DNA from: Candidatus Daviesbacteria bacterium
GTDB lineage: Bacteria > Patescibacteriota > Microgenomatia > Daviesbacterales > UBA10151
Assembly: GCA_016432425.1 (NCBI GenBank)
Contig: CP066688.1
Coordinates: forward strand, 276,368-340,367
DNA length: 64,000 nucleotides
Direction: 5' to 3'
The notes beneath the pieces are model-generated. The model worked only from the letters and a program-made list of their open reading frames with translations. It ran no database searches and was not told the DNA's origin. A program made the position numbers and the translations under genes. Numbering within the stretch: the first letter of the stretch is position 1; every line of letters begins with the position of its first letter. Positions 1 through 11,451 of the stretch are shown here, one piece after another.

Positions 1-1968
1 CAACGCATTAATAATTGTGTAATTACCTCTTTTTTCTGATCCTAAAATCTGGGCCCTTTTAGAAGATAAATCTCCAATAATATCCCCCATAAACTCATCC
101 GGAGTGGTAACTTCCACCTTCATGATAGGCTCCAGCAGGATCATGTCTGCTTTTTTGGCCGCTTCTGAAAGCCCCAACGATCCGGCAATTTTAAAAGCAA
201 TCTCGGATGAGTCCACCTCATGATAAGAACCGTCATAAACTACTACCCTAATATCAGTTAGTGGATACCCTGCCAAAATCCCCGTATCTTCTTTTTCAAT
301 CACTCCTTTTTCAATAGGTGGAATAAACTCCCGGGGAATGGCCCCTCCCACAATCTCGGAAGCAAACTCTCTCCCAGTTCCACGGGCCAGTGGTTCAATC
401 CTTAGGAAACAATGCCCATATTGACCGCGTCCACCGGTTTGACGAATATACTTACCTTCACCTTGGGCCTCTTTAGTAATAGTTTCTTTATAAGCTACTT
501 GAGGTTGTCCCACATTGGCTTCCACTTTAAATTCCCGTCTCATCCGATCCACCAAAACTTCCAGCTGCAGCTCTCCCATGCCGGAAATAATAGTCTGATT
601 TGTTTCAGCATCTACTTTGACCCGGAAAGTCGGATCTTCTTCCGCTAAACGGTTTAGAGCCAAACCTAATTTTTCCTGATCGGATTTGGTTTTTGGCTCA
701 ATAGCTAAAGAGATCACCGGATCAGGGAAAGAAATATTTTCCAGCACCAAAGGCTTACTCTCCTCAGCCAGGGTATCTCCGGTAATAGTATCTTTAAGTC
801 CCACTGCCGCCACAATCTCCCCGGCAAAAGCTTCATCAATTTCTTCCCTGTCGTTAGCATGCATCAGCAACAGGCGGCCAATCCGTTCACTAACCTGTTT
901 AGTGGCATTGTAAACATAAGAACCGGATTTTAAAGTTCCGGAATAGACCCGAATATAAGTTAATTTTCCCACATGGGGATCAACTTGAATTTTAAAAGCC
1001 AAAGCAGCCAGGGGCTCTTTGGGATCAGATTTTCGCAGTTCCTCTTCACCAGCCGGGTTTATCCCTTTGACTGAAGCAATATCCTGGGGAGAAGGTAAAT
1101 ATTCTACAATAGCATCCAAAACCGGTTGTACCCCCTTGTTACGAAGAGACGAGCCAGTAAACACCGGTACAATTTTGTTGGCAATCACTGCTTTGCGCAA
1201 AGCTTTTTTCAAATCATTAACTTCTAATTCCTCTCCCCCCAAATACTTTTCCATCAACTCATCATCATTCCCGGCAATTTCTTCTACTAATTTTTCTCGG
1301 GCAGCCTCTACTGCTGATGACATCTCCACTGGAATTTCAACTTCGGTAAAATTTACCCCATCACCTTCCCACTTAAAGGCTTTTCTGGTCAGTAAATCCA
1401 CTACCCCCACAAAATCATTTTCCCGGCCAATGGGTAAATTGTAAGCAACTGCATTAGCTCCCAACCGATCCCGGGCAGATTTGATAGTGGCCATATAGTC
1501 TGCTCCCACCACATCCATTTTGTTGGCAAAAGCCAAAAGTGGGACGCTGTATTTGTTGGCCTGGCGCCAGACAGTTTCAGTTTGGGATTGCACGCCGGAT
1601 GAAGCATCCAACACAATCACTGCTCCGTCCAGCACCCGCAAGGATCGTTCCACCTCGGCAGTAAAATCTACGTGCCCCGGGGTATCAATTAAATTAAGTC
1701 TGGTTTCTTGATTTTCAAATGGCCCGGATTTAGGGGTCCAAAAAGTGGTAACGGCGGCAGAGACGATGGTGATGCCCCGCTCGCGTTCTTGTTCCATCCA
1801 ATCAGTGACGGTGGTGCCTTCATCAATATCACCGATTTTATAAGTCCGCCCGGTGTAGAATAAAATCCGCTCAGTGGTAGTAGTTTTACCAGCATCAATG
1901 TGGGCAATAATACCAATATTTCTGATTCTATCTAAGGGAAAATCCCGTTTAGTTTTTAAATTAGCCAT
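1..1968 (-). CDS. fusA: Elongation factor G (3' end runs off the window)
   Basis: Read manually on the minus strand from ATG at 1968: [40 protein letters not shown], later [10 protein letters not shown] and GGRGQYGH. Absent from the ORF track because the stop lies outside the window. Confidence 0.97.
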   Translation of the reverse strand, partial: MANLKTKRDFPLDRIRNIGIIAHIDAGKTTTTERILFYTGRTYKIGDIDEGTTVTDWMEQERERGITIVSAAVTTFWTPKSGPFENQETRLNLIDTPGHVDFTAEVERSLRVLDGAVIVLDASSGVQSQTETVWRQANKYSVPLLAFANKMDVVGADYMATIKSARDRLGANAVAYNLPIGRENDFVGVVDLLTRKAFKWEGDGVNFTEVEIPVEMSSAVEAAREKLVEEIAGNDDELMEKYLGGEELEVNDLKKALRKAVIANKIVPVFTGSSLRNKGVQPVLDAIVEYLPSPQDIASVKGINPAGEEELRKSDPKEPLAALAFKIQVDPHVGKLTYIRVYSGTLKSGSYVYNATKQVSERIGRLLLMHANDREEIDEAFAGEIVAAVGLKDTITGDTLAEESKPLVLENISFPDPVISLAIEPKTKSDQEKLGLALNRLAEEDPTFRVKVDAETNQTIISGMGELQLEVLVDRMRREFKVEANVGQPQVAYKETITKEAQGEGKYIRQTGGRGQYGHCFLRIEPLARGTGREFASEIVGGAIPREFIPPIEKGVIEKEDTGILAGYPLTDIRVVVYDGSYHEVDSSEIAFKIAGSLGLSEAAKKADMILLEPIMKVEVTTPDEFMGDIIGDLSSKRAQILGSEKRGNYTIINAL

Positions 1969-2185
1969 TTTGTTCCAATTCCTTAATCATTTTTTGAATA
2001 TTATTTAAACGGGCAGATAGCAAATCTGCTTGTTCCGCTGCATCTTGATATTTAGCATTTTCCCGCAAATCCCCTTCTTGAGCTGCTTCGCCTTTTTTAA
2101 CCATGGCAAGAGAAAGCTGCTCTTCTAGCTCAGCCTGCTGTTTTTTCCATAATTTCAGTTTTTCTTGTTTAACGTTTTTATTCAT
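1961..2185 (-). CDS. GreA/GreB N-terminal coiled-coil-only protein (74 aa)
   Basis: [17 protein letters not shown] matches the Gre-factor tip motif GDLxENxEY; the C-terminal domain is absent; stop overlaps the fusA start. Confidence 0.75.
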   Translation of the reverse strand: MNKNVKQEKLKLWKKQQAELEEQLSLAMVKKGEAAQEGDLRENAKYQDAAEQADLLSARLNNIQKMIKELEQNG

Positions 2186-2294
2186 ACAATTTTCCTTTTT
2201 TTTCTTAACGTAAGAAACTACTTCGCGCTTCCCTTGAACTTAATTCAGGGTCGCGCTCGCAGAACCTTGCCTTTTTGACTAACGTCAAAAACGT

Positions 2295-2322
2295 AAAAAA
2301 GCCTCCTCAAATTGCGGAGGCT
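2295..2322 (-). terminator. Intrinsic terminator-like hairpin downstream of rpsG
   Basis: Minus strand AGCCTCC-gcaatttga-GGAGGCT followed by a T tract. Confidence 0.6.
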
Positions 2323-2369
2323 AAGCAAATATTAGCTTTTTTGAACCTAAAAGTCAAACGGAATTTTCT

Positions 2370-2402
2370 CTACCATCTGAAGTGGGCAAAGGCGCGGTTG
2401 GC
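2370..2402 (-). repeat. Synonymously recoded duplicate of the rpsG 3' end (ANRAFAHFRW*)
   Basis: GCC AAC CGC GCC TTT GCC CAC TTC AGA TGG TAG versus in-gene GCC AAT AGA GCA TTT GCA CAT TTT CGT TGG TAA. Confidence 0.95.
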
Positions 2403-2422
2403 CCTTCGACTTCGCTCAGGAC
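2402..2422. repeat. REP-like hairpin, CCTTCGAC-N-GCTCAGG family
   Basis: cccttcgacttcgctcaggac; related copies at 37594, 39119, 41584, 42915 and 47160. Confidence 0.85.
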
Positions 2423-2432
2423 TTCATAGAGC

Positions 2433-2909
2433 TTACCAACGAAAATGTGCAAATGCTCTATTGGCTGCTGCCACTTTTTGCATATCTTCTTTTTTCTTGA
2501 AAGCTCCACCTGTCTCTTTGGCGCCGTCCATAATTTCGGCTGCTAATTTTTGATCAAAGCTATGATACTCTTTATTGGATCTGTCGCGGGAAGCTAAAAT
2601 TAGCCAGCGAATAGCCAAAGTTTCTTTTCTGTCCCCCCGCACCTCCATTGGGACTTGATAGGAAGCTCCCCCCACTCTTCGGGGCCTTACTTCCATTTTG
2701 GGAGTAATGTTTTCAATGGCTTTTTCTAAAACTGACAGTGGCTCGGATTTTGTTTCTTCCTTTACTTGCTCCAAAGCTTTATAAACTAAACTCTGGGCAG
2801 TAGCTTTTTTCCCATCCATCATCACTCTGTTAATCAATTTTGCCACTAAAACAGAATGGTAAAGTGAATCTGGTTTAATTAATCTTTTAGTAGTTTTTCC
2901 TGATCTCAT
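2433..2909 (-). CDS. rpsG: 30S ribosomal protein S7
   Basis: RRVGGASYQVP and C-terminal ANRAFAHFRW motifs; str operon position. Confidence 0.99.
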   Translation of the reverse strand: MRSGKTTKRLIKPDSLYHSVLVAKLINRVMMDGKKATAQSLVYKALEQVKEETKSEPLSVLEKAIENITPKMEVRPRRVGGASYQVPMEVRGDRKETLAIRWLILASRDRSNKEYHSFDQKLAAEIMDGAKETGGAFKKKEDMQKVAAANRAFAHFRW

Positions 2910-2914
2910 TTGTA

Positions 2915-3382
2915 TTATCCTTCTGAAGTTGGTGCTGGAGTAGCGGCCGGAGCAGCAGTTGGACGAGGAGTACTGGCGCCTCTTTTGGTACCATAGCGGC
3001 TGCGGCTAGTTTTTCGCCCTGATACTCCCTCCAGGTCATATTTCCCTCTGACTAAATGGTATTTTACTCCCGGCAAATCTTTCACCCTACCCCCTCTAAC
3101 CAAAACAATTCCATGTTCAGCCAGGTTGTGGCCAATCCCTTGAATATAAGCTGTCACCTCAGTCCTATTGGATAAACGCACTCTGGCTACTTTACGAAGA
3201 GCTGAATTGGGTTTTTTGGGAGTCATGGTTTTGACCAAAGTAACTACTCCCCGTTTTTGGGGGTTAAAATTAGTAACATAGCGGCGGTCTTTGGCATTAA
3301 AGCTGCGCCGCAGCGCAGTGGCCTTGACTTTGCGCATGACTTTTTTTCTGGGATGCCTAATTAGTTGATTAATAGTTGGCAT
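2915..3382 (-). CDS. rpsL: 30S ribosomal protein S12
   Basis: [17 protein letters not shown] and RVKDLPGV motifs; Pro/Ala-rich C-terminal extension. Confidence 0.99.
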   Translation of the reverse strand: MPTINQLIRHPRKKVMRKVKATALRRSFNAKDRRYVTNFNPQKRGVVTLVKTMTPKKPNSALRKVARVRLSNRTEVTAYIQGIGHNLAEHGIVLVRGGRVKDLPGVKYHLVRGKYDLEGVSGRKTSRSRYGTKRGASTPRPTAAPAATPAPTSEG

Positions 3383-6300
3383 TAGCTTTCCACCTTTGCT
3401 CTTTCAATGCTGGTAGGAATGAGCCGGCCAATTATAACATTTTCCTTGAGTCCCAGCAATTTATCGACCTTGCCGGCAATAGCTGCATCAGAAAGAACGG
3501 AAGTTGTTTCCTGGAAACTGGCAGCCGACAAAACACTTTCTGTTTGCAAGCTGGCCCGGGTGATACCCAAAATAATCACCTCTCCTGTAGCCGGCTCACC
3601 GCCACCTGCCAAGATACGGTTGTTTTCTTCTTCAAAACGAATCCTATCCACCACTTCACCAGGTAATAGATTGGTATCCCCCTGGGTTTCAATTCTGACT
3701 TTATCCGACATTTTTCTGACAATCACTTCAAAATGTTTCTCATGAATTGGCACCCCCTGTGATTCATAAACTTTTCTGACCTCTTCAATAATATACTCTT
3801 GAGCTTCCTTCAAACCTTTAACCCGCAAAACTTCTTTGACATCTAAGTGTCCGGAAGAAAGTGGAGTACCAGCCCCAATCAACTGACCGTCTTCCACCAA
3901 AAGAGTGGCTGTCACCGGAATAACATATTCCCGCTCATCTGCGGGTTTTTGAGTGGTTTTGACCCGGACTTTAATACCCTGGTCAGTTTCCGACACAGAA
4001 ACTTTACCGGCAATTTCCGAAATAGAAGCAATCACTTTAGGGGTCCTGGCTTCAAATAACTCCTCCACTCTAGGCAAACCTTGAGTAATATCTAGCCCCA
4101 AAATTCCCCCGCTGTGGAAAGTCCTCATGGTCAGCTGTGTTCCCGGCTCACCAATAGCTTGAGCTGCCACAATTCCCACTGGCTGACCTACTTCGACTGG
4201 TTTATTGGTGGTTAAACTAAATCCATAACAAGCAGCACACAAACCATATTTAGATTCACAGGTTAGGGGGGAGCGCACTAAAATTTTCTCTACTCCAGCT
4301 TCAACCAACTGTTTAATAGCACTTTCAGTTAAATATTGGTTTTCTTTGACAATCACCTTACGGCTCTTATCAGTGACATTTTTCAAAGTTTTTCTACCTA
4401 AAAATCTCACCCGGGCATTACCAAAATTGTCCGGCACCGAGAGTTCTAAGCCAGCTTGCGTTCCACAATCCTCGGAGCGAATAATCATGTCATGGGCCAC
4501 ATCAACCAAACGACGGGTTAGATATCCGGCATCAGCAGTTTTTAGGGCCTTGTCCGCCACTCCCTTACGAGCTCCCCGGGCACTGGTAAAATATTCAAAA
4601 ACTGACAAACCTTGGCGATAATTGGATTTAGTGGGCAACTCGACGATCCGTCCGGTTGGATCAACTGACAAACCCCGCATACCGGATAATTGTTTAATTT
4701 GTTCGGAACTGGCCCGGGCGGAACCGGAATCCGCAATCACCCGCACCGGATTATCAGCAGCCAAAGATGCCCAAGTAAGTTTATAAATATCTTCTGTCGC
4801 TTTAATCCAAACCTCTTGAGAAAGCATCTTGCGCTCATCGTTGGTAATTAAACCTTTCTTGAAGTTATCCTCAATCTCGGCCACTTTTTTGTCAGCTTCG
4901 GCAATCAGATCATCCTTTTCTTCAGAGATTTTATTATCAAAAATACCTACGGACACTCCGGCAATTTTTGCTCCCCAAAAACCTAAATCTTTGATGTTAT
5001 CAATCAAATCTACAATCTCCTCCCGGGAGAAACTATTAAAGGCCTCGGTGATTAACCTTTTAATGCCGGCCGCACTTACTGCCTCATTCACAAAACGGAG
5101 CTCCTCTGGCAAAATATTATTGAAAATAATCCGTCCGACAGTAGTTTCTATATTACCTTGTTCAGTCTTAATTTGGGCTAGCTGCCTTAAATTGAGCTTA
5201 TTAACTTGGAAAGCTAAAATGGCCTCCTCCGACAAATAAACCTTCTCTAATTTTTCTAATCTTTCGTCTGCTGAAGTAATGTAAAAGATTCCCAAAGCCA
5301 TTTCCCGGTTAGGCAAAGTCACCGGGGAGGCATCAGCCGGTTTTAAAATATTCTCTCTGGCCATCATCAACTCTCTGGCCTCTTCTTGAGCTTTGGCTGA
5401 CAGAGGCACATGAACCGCCATTTGGTCACCGTCAAAGTCGGCGTTGAAACCGGCACAGATACAAGGATGAATTTGGATGGCATTACCGTCTACCAAAACC
5501 GGATAAAAAGCCTGGATACCCAACCGATGCAGGGTCGGAGCCCGGTTAATCAAGATGGGATGTTCTTTAATAATCTCTTCTAAAATATCCCAAACTTCCG
5601 GAGGGCGAGAGTCCAAAGTATTTTTGGCTCCTTTGACATTAGAGGCCAAACCCTGGGCAATCATTTCCCGCAAAACAAAAGGTTTAAACATCTCCAAGGC
5701 CATCTCTTTGGGCAGCCCCACTTGATTAAGTTTTAATTTTGGCCCTACCACAATCACTGACCGGCCAGAATAATCAACCCTTTTACCGAGTAAGTTTTGG
5801 CGGAAACGTCCTTGTTTACCCCGCAGCATATCGGATAAAGATCGCAAAACATGGCCTATCACCCGGCGAGAATTTTTAGCAGATGAGTCTATCAAAGCAT
5901 CAACTGCTTCCTGTAGCATCCGTTTTTCATTGCGCAAAATAATCTCCGGCGCCCCCAAATTAATTAAACGGTGCAGACGATTATTGCGGTTAATTACTCT
6001 TCTGTAGAGATCATTTAAATCAGAAGTGGCAAAACGACCCCCTTGTAGTTGCACCATCGGCCGCAAATCCGGTGGCAATACCGGTAAAATTCGCAAGACT
6101 AACCACTCCGGCATAATTTGGGCTTGCCTCATACCTTCTACAATCCGCAGTCTTTTGGTAACCTTGATGTGCTTTTGGCCGGTGGATTTGCGAACTTCTT
6201 CCCTTAAAAATGAAGAAAGTTTATCTAAATCAATTTTCTTGAGGATTTCTAAAATGGCCTCTGCCCCCATTCCTACAGTGACAAAATCCGCCACTCCGTA

Positions 6301-7068
6301 TTCTTCTAATTTATAAAATTCATCCTCAGAAAGTAACCGCAGGGGAGTGACACTTTTAACCAAATCAGCCACTGCTTTATAAATACTTTCCAGCTGAGTT
6401 TGCTCTACTACTCCGCTGTCACGCAAGCGTTGGACTTCTTGGCGGTTTTTTAGCTCCAGTTCCTCTCTGGCCAGCTCCATCTTTTCTTTGCTTTCAGCTG
6501 ATTTAGTGTCTTTTTTGCCTTTGGAGAGTGTTTGTTTAAGAGAACTTTCCAACTCTTTGACTCCCTTATCCAAATTTTTCCTGGACTGGTCAATTTTGGC
6601 GGCCAGATCTTTTTCCAATCTTTCCAGACTCGCTTGCTTTTTAGCAGAATCTACCTCAATGGTAATAAAAGAGGCAAAATAAATTATCGCTTCCAAATTT
6701 TTGGGGGAAATATCTAAAATTAAAGATATCTTGGAAGGTGCACCTCTCACAAACCAAGTATGAGCTACCGGAGCAGCCAAAGTAATGTGGCCCATCCGCT
6801 CCCGACGCACTTTACTTTGGGTCACTTCTACTCCGCATTTATCACAGATCACTCCCCGATAGCGAATTCTTTTGTATTTACCACAATAACATTCATAATC
6901 TTTGGTGGGGCCAAAGATATTTTCCGAAAAAAGTCCGTCTTTTTCCGCTTTAAGTGTCCGGTAGTTGATAGTTTCCGGTTTAGTGACTTCCCCAAAAGAC
7001 CAGCTGCGGATTTGCTCCGGGCTCGCCACGGTAATTTTTAAAGCTTCAAAATCCAATAAATCGTTCAT
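3382..7068 (-). CDS. rpoC: RNA polymerase beta' subunit
   Basis: Catalytic NADFDGD motif, N-terminal CYCGKYK zinc finger, [12 protein letters not shown]. Confidence 0.99.
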   Translation of the reverse strand: MNDLLDFEALKITVASPEQIRSWSFGEVTKPETINYRTLKAEKDGLFSENIFGPTKDYECYCGKYKRIRYRGVICDKCGVEVTQSKVRRERMGHITLAAPVAHTWFVRGAPSKISLILDISPKNLEAIIYFASFITIEVDSAKKQASLERLEKDLAAKIDQSRKNLDKGVKELESSLKQTLSKGKKDTKSAESKEKMELAREELELKNRQEVQRLRDSGVVEQTQLESIYKAVADLVKSVTPLRLLSEDEFYKLEEYGVADFVTVGMGAEAILEILKKIDLDKLSSFLREEVRKSTGQKHIKVTKRLRIVEGMRQAQIMPEWLVLRILPVLPPDLRPMVQLQGGRFATSDLNDLYRRVINRNNRLHRLINLGAPEIILRNEKRMLQEAVDALIDSSAKNSRRVIGHVLRSLSDMLRGKQGRFRQNLLGKRVDYSGRSVIVVGPKLKLNQVGLPKEMALEMFKPFVLREMIAQGLASNVKGAKNTLDSRPPEVWDILEEIIKEHPILINRAPTLHRLGIQAFYPVLVDGNAIQIHPCICAGFNADFDGDQMAVHVPLSAKAQEEARELMMARENILKPADASPVTLPNREMALGIFYITSADERLEKLEKVYLSEEAILAFQVNKLNLRQLAQIKTEQGNIETTVGRIIFNNILPEELRFVNEAVSAAGIKRLITEAFNSFSREEIVDLIDNIKDLGFWGAKIAGVSVGIFDNKISEEKDDLIAEADKKVAEIEDNFKKGLITNDERKMLSQEVWIKATEDIYKLTWASLAADNPVRVIADSGSARASSEQIKQLSGMRGLSVDPTGRIVELPTKSNYRQGLSVFEYFTSARGARKGVADKALKTADAGYLTRRLVDVAHDMIIRSEDCGTQAGLELSVPDNFGNARVRFLGRKTLKNVTDKSRKVIVKENQYLTESAIKQLVEAGVEKILVRSPLTCESKYGLCAACYGFSLTTNKPVEVGQPVGIVAAQAIGEPGTQLTMRTFHSGGILGLDITQGLPRVEELFEARTPKVIASISEIAGKVSVSETDQGIKVRVKTTQKPADEREYVIPVTATLLVEDGQLIGAGTPLSSGHLDVKEVLRVKGLKEAQEYIIEEVRKVYESQGVPIHEKHFEVIVRKMSDKVRIETQGDTNLLPGEVVDRIRFEEENNRILAGGGEPATGEVIILGITRASLQTESVLSAASFQETTSVLSDAAIAGKVDKLLGLKENVIIGRLIPTSIERAKVES

Positions 7069-10000
7069 TATTCCCCTTCCTCTTCTTTCTGTTTCATTTC
7101 AGCTACAGACTCTATCTCAAAATCTTCTGATTTTTCTACTTCTGATAAATCCCCACCGCTACCTACTTCCAAAACTTGTTGCATCTGGGCTACTTCTTGT
7201 TTTACTTTCGCAGTCTCTTCTACTTCCACAGCAGAAACTATTTTGGCCCCTAAAGTTTCCACATTCAAGCTCAAAGCCTGCAATTCTTTCACTAATACTT
7301 TAAACGACTCCGGAATCAAGGCTTGGGGGATGTCAGTTCCTTTCACGATCGCCTCAAAAGCTTTGGCCCGCCCGACTACATCATCTGATTTAATGGTTAA
7401 CATCTCTTGTAAAATATGCGCTGCACCGTATGCTTCCAGCGCCCAAACTTCCATCTCTCCTAAACGCTGCCCTCCCATTTGGGCTTTTCCACCCAAAGGT
7501 TGTTGGGTAACCAGCGAATATGGCCCAGTGGAACGGGCATGCATTTTATCTTCCACCATGTGGATCAGTTTTAAAATGTAGGAACGGCCCACTACAATGG
7601 GCTGGTCAAATTTTTCACCGGTTCGGCCGTCAATTAAAACTGATTTACCTTCTGCCGGGAGCCCAGCTTTTTTCATTTCGGCAGTCAAGGCCTCTTCCGG
7701 AATTTTCTCAAATACCGGAGCGGCGATTTTGTATCCCAAACGATGGGAAGCCAAACCCCAATGAGTCTCTAACAGTTGTCCCAAATTCATCCGGGACAAT
7801 ACCGACAAAGGAGAAATAATAATATCTACCGCCTCCCCATTTTCCAAATGAGGCATATCCGCTTCCGGCACAATTTTAGAAATGACTCCTTTGTTGCCGT
7901 GACGACCGGCTAACTTATCTCCCTCGGTCACTTTTCGTAGCTGAGCCACTTTGACTTTAATCCGTTTAATTGTCCCAGTGTCGAGTTCGTCGCCCTCTTC
8001 CCGGGAGAGAATTTGCACTCCAATCACGGTTCCCCTCTCTCCATGAGGCATGCGCAGCGAAGTATCCCTCACTTCCTTGGCTTTTTCCCCGAAGATGGCC
8101 CGCAGCAACCTTTCTTCCGCAGTCAGTTCGGTTTCCCCTTTTGGTTGAACTTTACCCACCAAAATATCATTGGGTCCCACTTCTGCTCCGATCCTGACAA
8201 TACCCTCCTCATCCAAGTTTTTTAGTGATTCCTCAGACACATTGGGAATATCCGGAGTTAACTCTTCCGGACCCAGTTTAGTCTCCACTACGTCAACTTC
8301 ATATTCCTCAATATGAATAGAGGTTAGTAAATCTTGTTTGACTAATTTATCAGAAATGACGATCGCATCCTCATAACCCAAACCATCAAAGCTCATATAA
8401 GCAATGGTCAGGTTTTGTCCCAGGGCCAACTCCCCATTTTGGGTAGCTGCTCCATCAATCAGTAAATCTCCTTTTTTGACTTTTTGGCCGACTTTGACAG
8501 CGGGATGTTGAGAGTAACAGGTTCCTTGAGTAGAATGGACAAATTTTTGGATTTGATATTTATACTCCTCTTGGCGTGAATTTAGCGTCAACCTTTGACC
8601 ATCCACATAAGTCACAGTCCCATCAGCCGGGGCTCTGACCACCCGGCCCATGTTATTTCCCACCACTTTTTCCATCCCCGTCCCCACTACCGGAGCAGAA
8701 GGCAACAGCAGCGGTACTGCCTGACATTGCATTTGAGTGCCCATTAAAGCCCGGTTGGCATCATCATGGGCCAAAAAGGGGATCAGTGAAGCTGACACTC
8801 CAAAAATTTGTTGGGGAGAAACATCCATAAAATTGACATTTTTAGCTTCAGTTTCAAAAAAGTTTCCCTGCTGCCTGACCGCTACCCGTTTTCCCATAAT
8901 ATAACCTTTCGGATCAGTTAAAGTGGTAGCTTCGGTAATTACATAATCCTCCTCATCATCAGCAGTCAGATAGACAATCTCCTCAGTTACCCGCGGCTTA
9001 CCTTTGTCTAAAATGATTTTGCGGTAGGGAGTTTGCAAAAATCCATATTCATCAATCTTGGCATAAAGGGCTAAATAAGTGACCAAACCAATATTTTGTC
9101 CCTCAGGGGAACGGACCGGATCAATCCGGCCGTATTGGGAATGGTTAATATCACGGACGGAAAAGGAAGCTCGGTCACGGGTGATACCACCCACTCCCAT
9201 GACTGACAATCTTCTTAAATGATCCACCTCGGAAAGAGGATTAACTTGGTCTAAAATAGAGGACAGCTGGGAAGTTCGGAAAAATTCATTAATGGCGGCA
9301 ATTACCGGTTTGGCATTAATTAACCCACCGGGGGTGGGTTCAATGTCAGGAGCAATTAAACTCATTCTCTCTTTAATAATCCTCTCCAGGCGTAGCACTC
9401 CAATTCGAAAAGCATTTTGCTGGACTAACTCCCCGGCACAACGGACCCGGCGGTTAGCCAGATGGTCAATATCATCCAGCTTTCCCTCACCTTTAGTTAA
9501 ATTGATTAAATATTTCAAAGTTTCAATGATATCTTGTTTAGTTAAAATTAAGTTTTCCTCACTGTTAGCAATATCCAAACCCAATCTTTTGTTAATTTTG
9601 AAACGGCCCACTTTGGTTAAGTTGTATCGGCGGAAGCTAAAAAACATACTTTCCAAAAGACTGCGGGCGTTCTCTAACACAATTGGGTCACCCGGGCGCA
9701 TTTTGCGGAAGATTTCTGTTAAAGCCTCCTCGGTGCTGGTGGTTTGGTCCTTAGCTAAAGTTAGCTCAACAACTTTTTCTTCCCCCGTATTCACATCTTT
9801 AAATAATTCCACAATTTCTTCGGAGGAAGAAAAACCCATGGCCCGCAGCAAGGTAGTGGCGGCAAATTTGCGTCGGCGGTCAATTTTGGCAGTAATAACC
9901 CCGGTCCGGGAAACAGAAAACTCCAGCCAAGAACCCCGGTATGGCCTAATCTCAGCTTGATACAATCTTTTACCGGAAATGGGATCATCAGTGGCAGAGA

Positions 10001-10433
10001 AAAAAACTCCGGGAGAACGGACTAGCTGGTTGATAATAACCCGCTCAACTCCGTTAATAATAAAAGTCCCTTTCTCTGTCATTTGAGGGATGTCACCCAA
10101 AAAGACTTCCTGTTTGTAGACTTTGCCTGTTTGTTTGTTGGTTAATTTAGTTTCCAGTTTAAGTGGGGCATCATAGGTGACTCCTTTTTCTTTAGCCTGG
10201 TCAGGAGTGTATTTTGGTTTACTAAAAGAAGATTGCCCAAATTCTAAAACCCAGTTTTTGCCGGTAAAATCTTCAATGGGGGAAATTTCTGCTAAAATTT
10301 GTTTAATACCTTGATCTAAAAACCATTTATAAGAGTCGAGTTGGAGTTGGATTAAATTAAGTTGCTCTAAAGGAGTTTGAGTTTTTCCCCAGTTTTTTCT
10401 ATTATCAGTGTTTTGTGCTACCTGTGTTTGCAT
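7068..10433 (-). CDS. rpoB: RNA polymerase beta subunit
   Basis: GDKLAGRHGNKG, HARSTGPYSLVTQQPLGGK and GEMEVWALEAYG motifs. Confidence 0.99.
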   Translation of the reverse strand: MQTQVAQNTDNRKNWGKTQTPLEQLNLIQLQLDSYKWFLDQGIKQILAEISPIEDFTGKNWVLEFGQSSFSKPKYTPDQAKEKGVTYDAPLKLETKLTNKQTGKVYKQEVFLGDIPQMTEKGTFIINGVERVIINQLVRSPGVFFSATDDPISGKRLYQAEIRPYRGSWLEFSVSRTGVITAKIDRRRKFAATTLLRAMGFSSSEEIVELFKDVNTGEEKVVELTLAKDQTTSTEEALTEIFRKMRPGDPIVLENARSLLESMFFSFRRYNLTKVGRFKINKRLGLDIANSEENLILTKQDIIETLKYLINLTKGEGKLDDIDHLANRRVRCAGELVQQNAFRIGVLRLERIIKERMSLIAPDIEPTPGGLINAKPVIAAINEFFRTSQLSSILDQVNPLSEVDHLRRLSVMGVGGITRDRASFSVRDINHSQYGRIDPVRSPEGQNIGLVTYLALYAKIDEYGFLQTPYRKIILDKGKPRVTEEIVYLTADDEEDYVITEATTLTDPKGYIMGKRVAVRQQGNFFETEAKNVNFMDVSPQQIFGVSASLIPFLAHDDANRALMGTQMQCQAVPLLLPSAPVVGTGMEKVVGNNMGRVVRAPADGTVTYVDGQRLTLNSRQEEYKYQIQKFVHSTQGTCYSQHPAVKVGQKVKKGDLLIDGAATQNGELALGQNLTIAYMSFDGLGYEDAIVISDKLVKQDLLTSIHIEEYEVDVVETKLGPEELTPDIPNVSEESLKNLDEEGIVRIGAEVGPNDILVGKVQPKGETELTAEERLLRAIFGEKAKEVRDTSLRMPHGERGTVIGVQILSREEGDELDTGTIKRIKVKVAQLRKVTEGDKLAGRHGNKGVISKIVPEADMPHLENGEAVDIIISPLSVLSRMNLGQLLETHWGLASHRLGYKIAAPVFEKIPEEALTAEMKKAGLPAEGKSVLIDGRTGEKFDQPIVVGRSYILKLIHMVEDKMHARSTGPYSLVTQQPLGGKAQMGGQRLGEMEVWALEAYGAAHILQEMLTIKSDDVVGRAKAFEAIVKGTDIPQALIPESFKVLVKELQALSLNVETLGAKIVSAVEVEETAKVKQEVAQMQQVLEVGSGGDLSEVEKSEDFEIESVAEMKQKEEEGE

Positions 10434-10536
10434 CAGTAAATAGCCTCTGGCAGTTTTCTCTAGGTTATGTTAGTTAATACCACAAAAAGAAGCATACCAG
10501 CTGTACGCCTCCAATATTTGTTATTAAACTAAAGGT

Positions 10537-10565
10537 AGGATATCAAAAATAAACAAGTATGTCAA
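10537..10565 (-). promoter_or_regulatory. Sigma70-type promoter upstream of rpoB
   Basis: TTGACA-N17-TATCCT on the minus strand. Confidence 0.55.
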
Positions 10566-10594
10566 CCCCAATTTAATCGGGGTCAACCCTTAAG

Positions 10595-11155
10595 TTAGAA
10601 TAAATTTAATAGTGCGTCTGGTTGTTCTTGAGGCATGTTATTAAAGTGGCCTTTGTGGTGTTCAATAAAAACTTGAGCTCCTAATTTTTCCTCAAAAAGT
10701 TTTTTATTCTCCTCAAGGGGCACAAAAGGATCATTATCAGAAAAAATCGCTGTAAAAGAATTAGCATGAGTTTTAATTTTGTCTAAATCAAGCGGGGTAT
10801 TGATCCAAGGTTTAGCAATCTGCCACTCTTGCTCTGTTAATCCTTTTAGAAAAGGACCGAATCCAGCCACCAAAATAATTTTATCTACCTTCTTGCCTTC
10901 TGGTAAAGATTCCAGAAAACGCAAGATAGTCTGGCATCCCATGCTATGGCCAATCAAAATATCGTTTTCATTCACTTTACCAATTATCCGGGAAAGATAT
11001 GGCACCCAATTTTCAATTTTAGGGTTGTCTGAATCCGGCAAATCAGGAACCAAAACTTCATATCCCCTCGTTTCAAGTTCTGCCTTTGCCCAGGGTAACC
11101 AATCTTTTTGAAAGCTACCACTCCATCCATGTACAATAATGCCTCTTTTTGCCAT
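10595..11155 (-). CDS. RBBP9/YdeN-family alpha/beta serine hydrolase
   Basis: IIVHGW, nucleophile motif GHSMG, SDNDPFVP and GHF. Confidence 0.9.
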   Translation of the reverse strand: MAKRGIIVHGWSGSFQKDWLPWAKAELETRGYEVLVPDLPDSDNPKIENWVPYLSRIIGKVNENDILIGHSMGCQTILRFLESLPEGKKVDKIILVAGFGPFLKGLTEQEWQIAKPWINTPLDLDKIKTHANSFTAIFSDNDPFVPLEENKKLFEEKLGAQVFIEHHKGHFNNMPQEQPDALLNLF

Positions 11156-11208
11156 CCCCTTGGTTATACCATGTTACAGATTATTTTCCAAATCTATTTC
11201 TTGGTAAA

Positions 11209-11451
11209 TTAGGGCCTCTTCCATACACACTTTCCCGCCCTGGCATTGTCTGCTTGATCAACAGCACTACGAGTACAGCACTGAATACCATCGCTAGCAG
11301 TAAGACTACAACCTTGGCACACTGCTCTAACATTATCCGCCGGAACTATTTCTCCTCTAGAAGATTTAAAAACTGGTGCAGTTGGGGCACTTCTAACATC
11401 AGTTTGTGAATCTACTGGTTTTGGTTGCTCAAAACTTCTTTCTCTGTGCAT
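11209..11451 (-). CDS. Small Cys-rich hypothetical protein (80 aa)
   Basis: ATG at 11451 is preceded by an AGGGGGTGA RBS and a TTGACA-N17-TATGAT promoter at 11497-11525; contains CxxC...CC...C. Confidence 0.55.
   Translation of the reverse strand: MHRERSFEQPKPVDSQTDVRSAPTAPVFKSSRGEIVPADNVRAVCQGCSLTASDGIQCCTRSAVDQADNARAGKCVWKRP

Noticed and set aside
412-1916. Short ORFs from the track overlapping fusA, and the many antisense ORFs inside rpoBC, ftsK, pnp, dnaK and other genes
   Set aside because: They are shadow frames of well-supported genes and show no motifs.
2370-2435. Stop-codon read-through into the duplicated ends (rpsG, rpsO and G5/3D copies are in frame at 63, 69 and 72 nt)
   Set aside because: Each spacer contains another in-frame stop (TGA, TAG and TGA), and the lepA and sbcC copies are out of frame.
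2275-2553. 92-aa plus-strand ORF spanning the rpsG end
   Set aside because: Antisense to rpsG with a TTG start; it reads through the duplicate and hairpin (LRLRSG is the hairpin translation).
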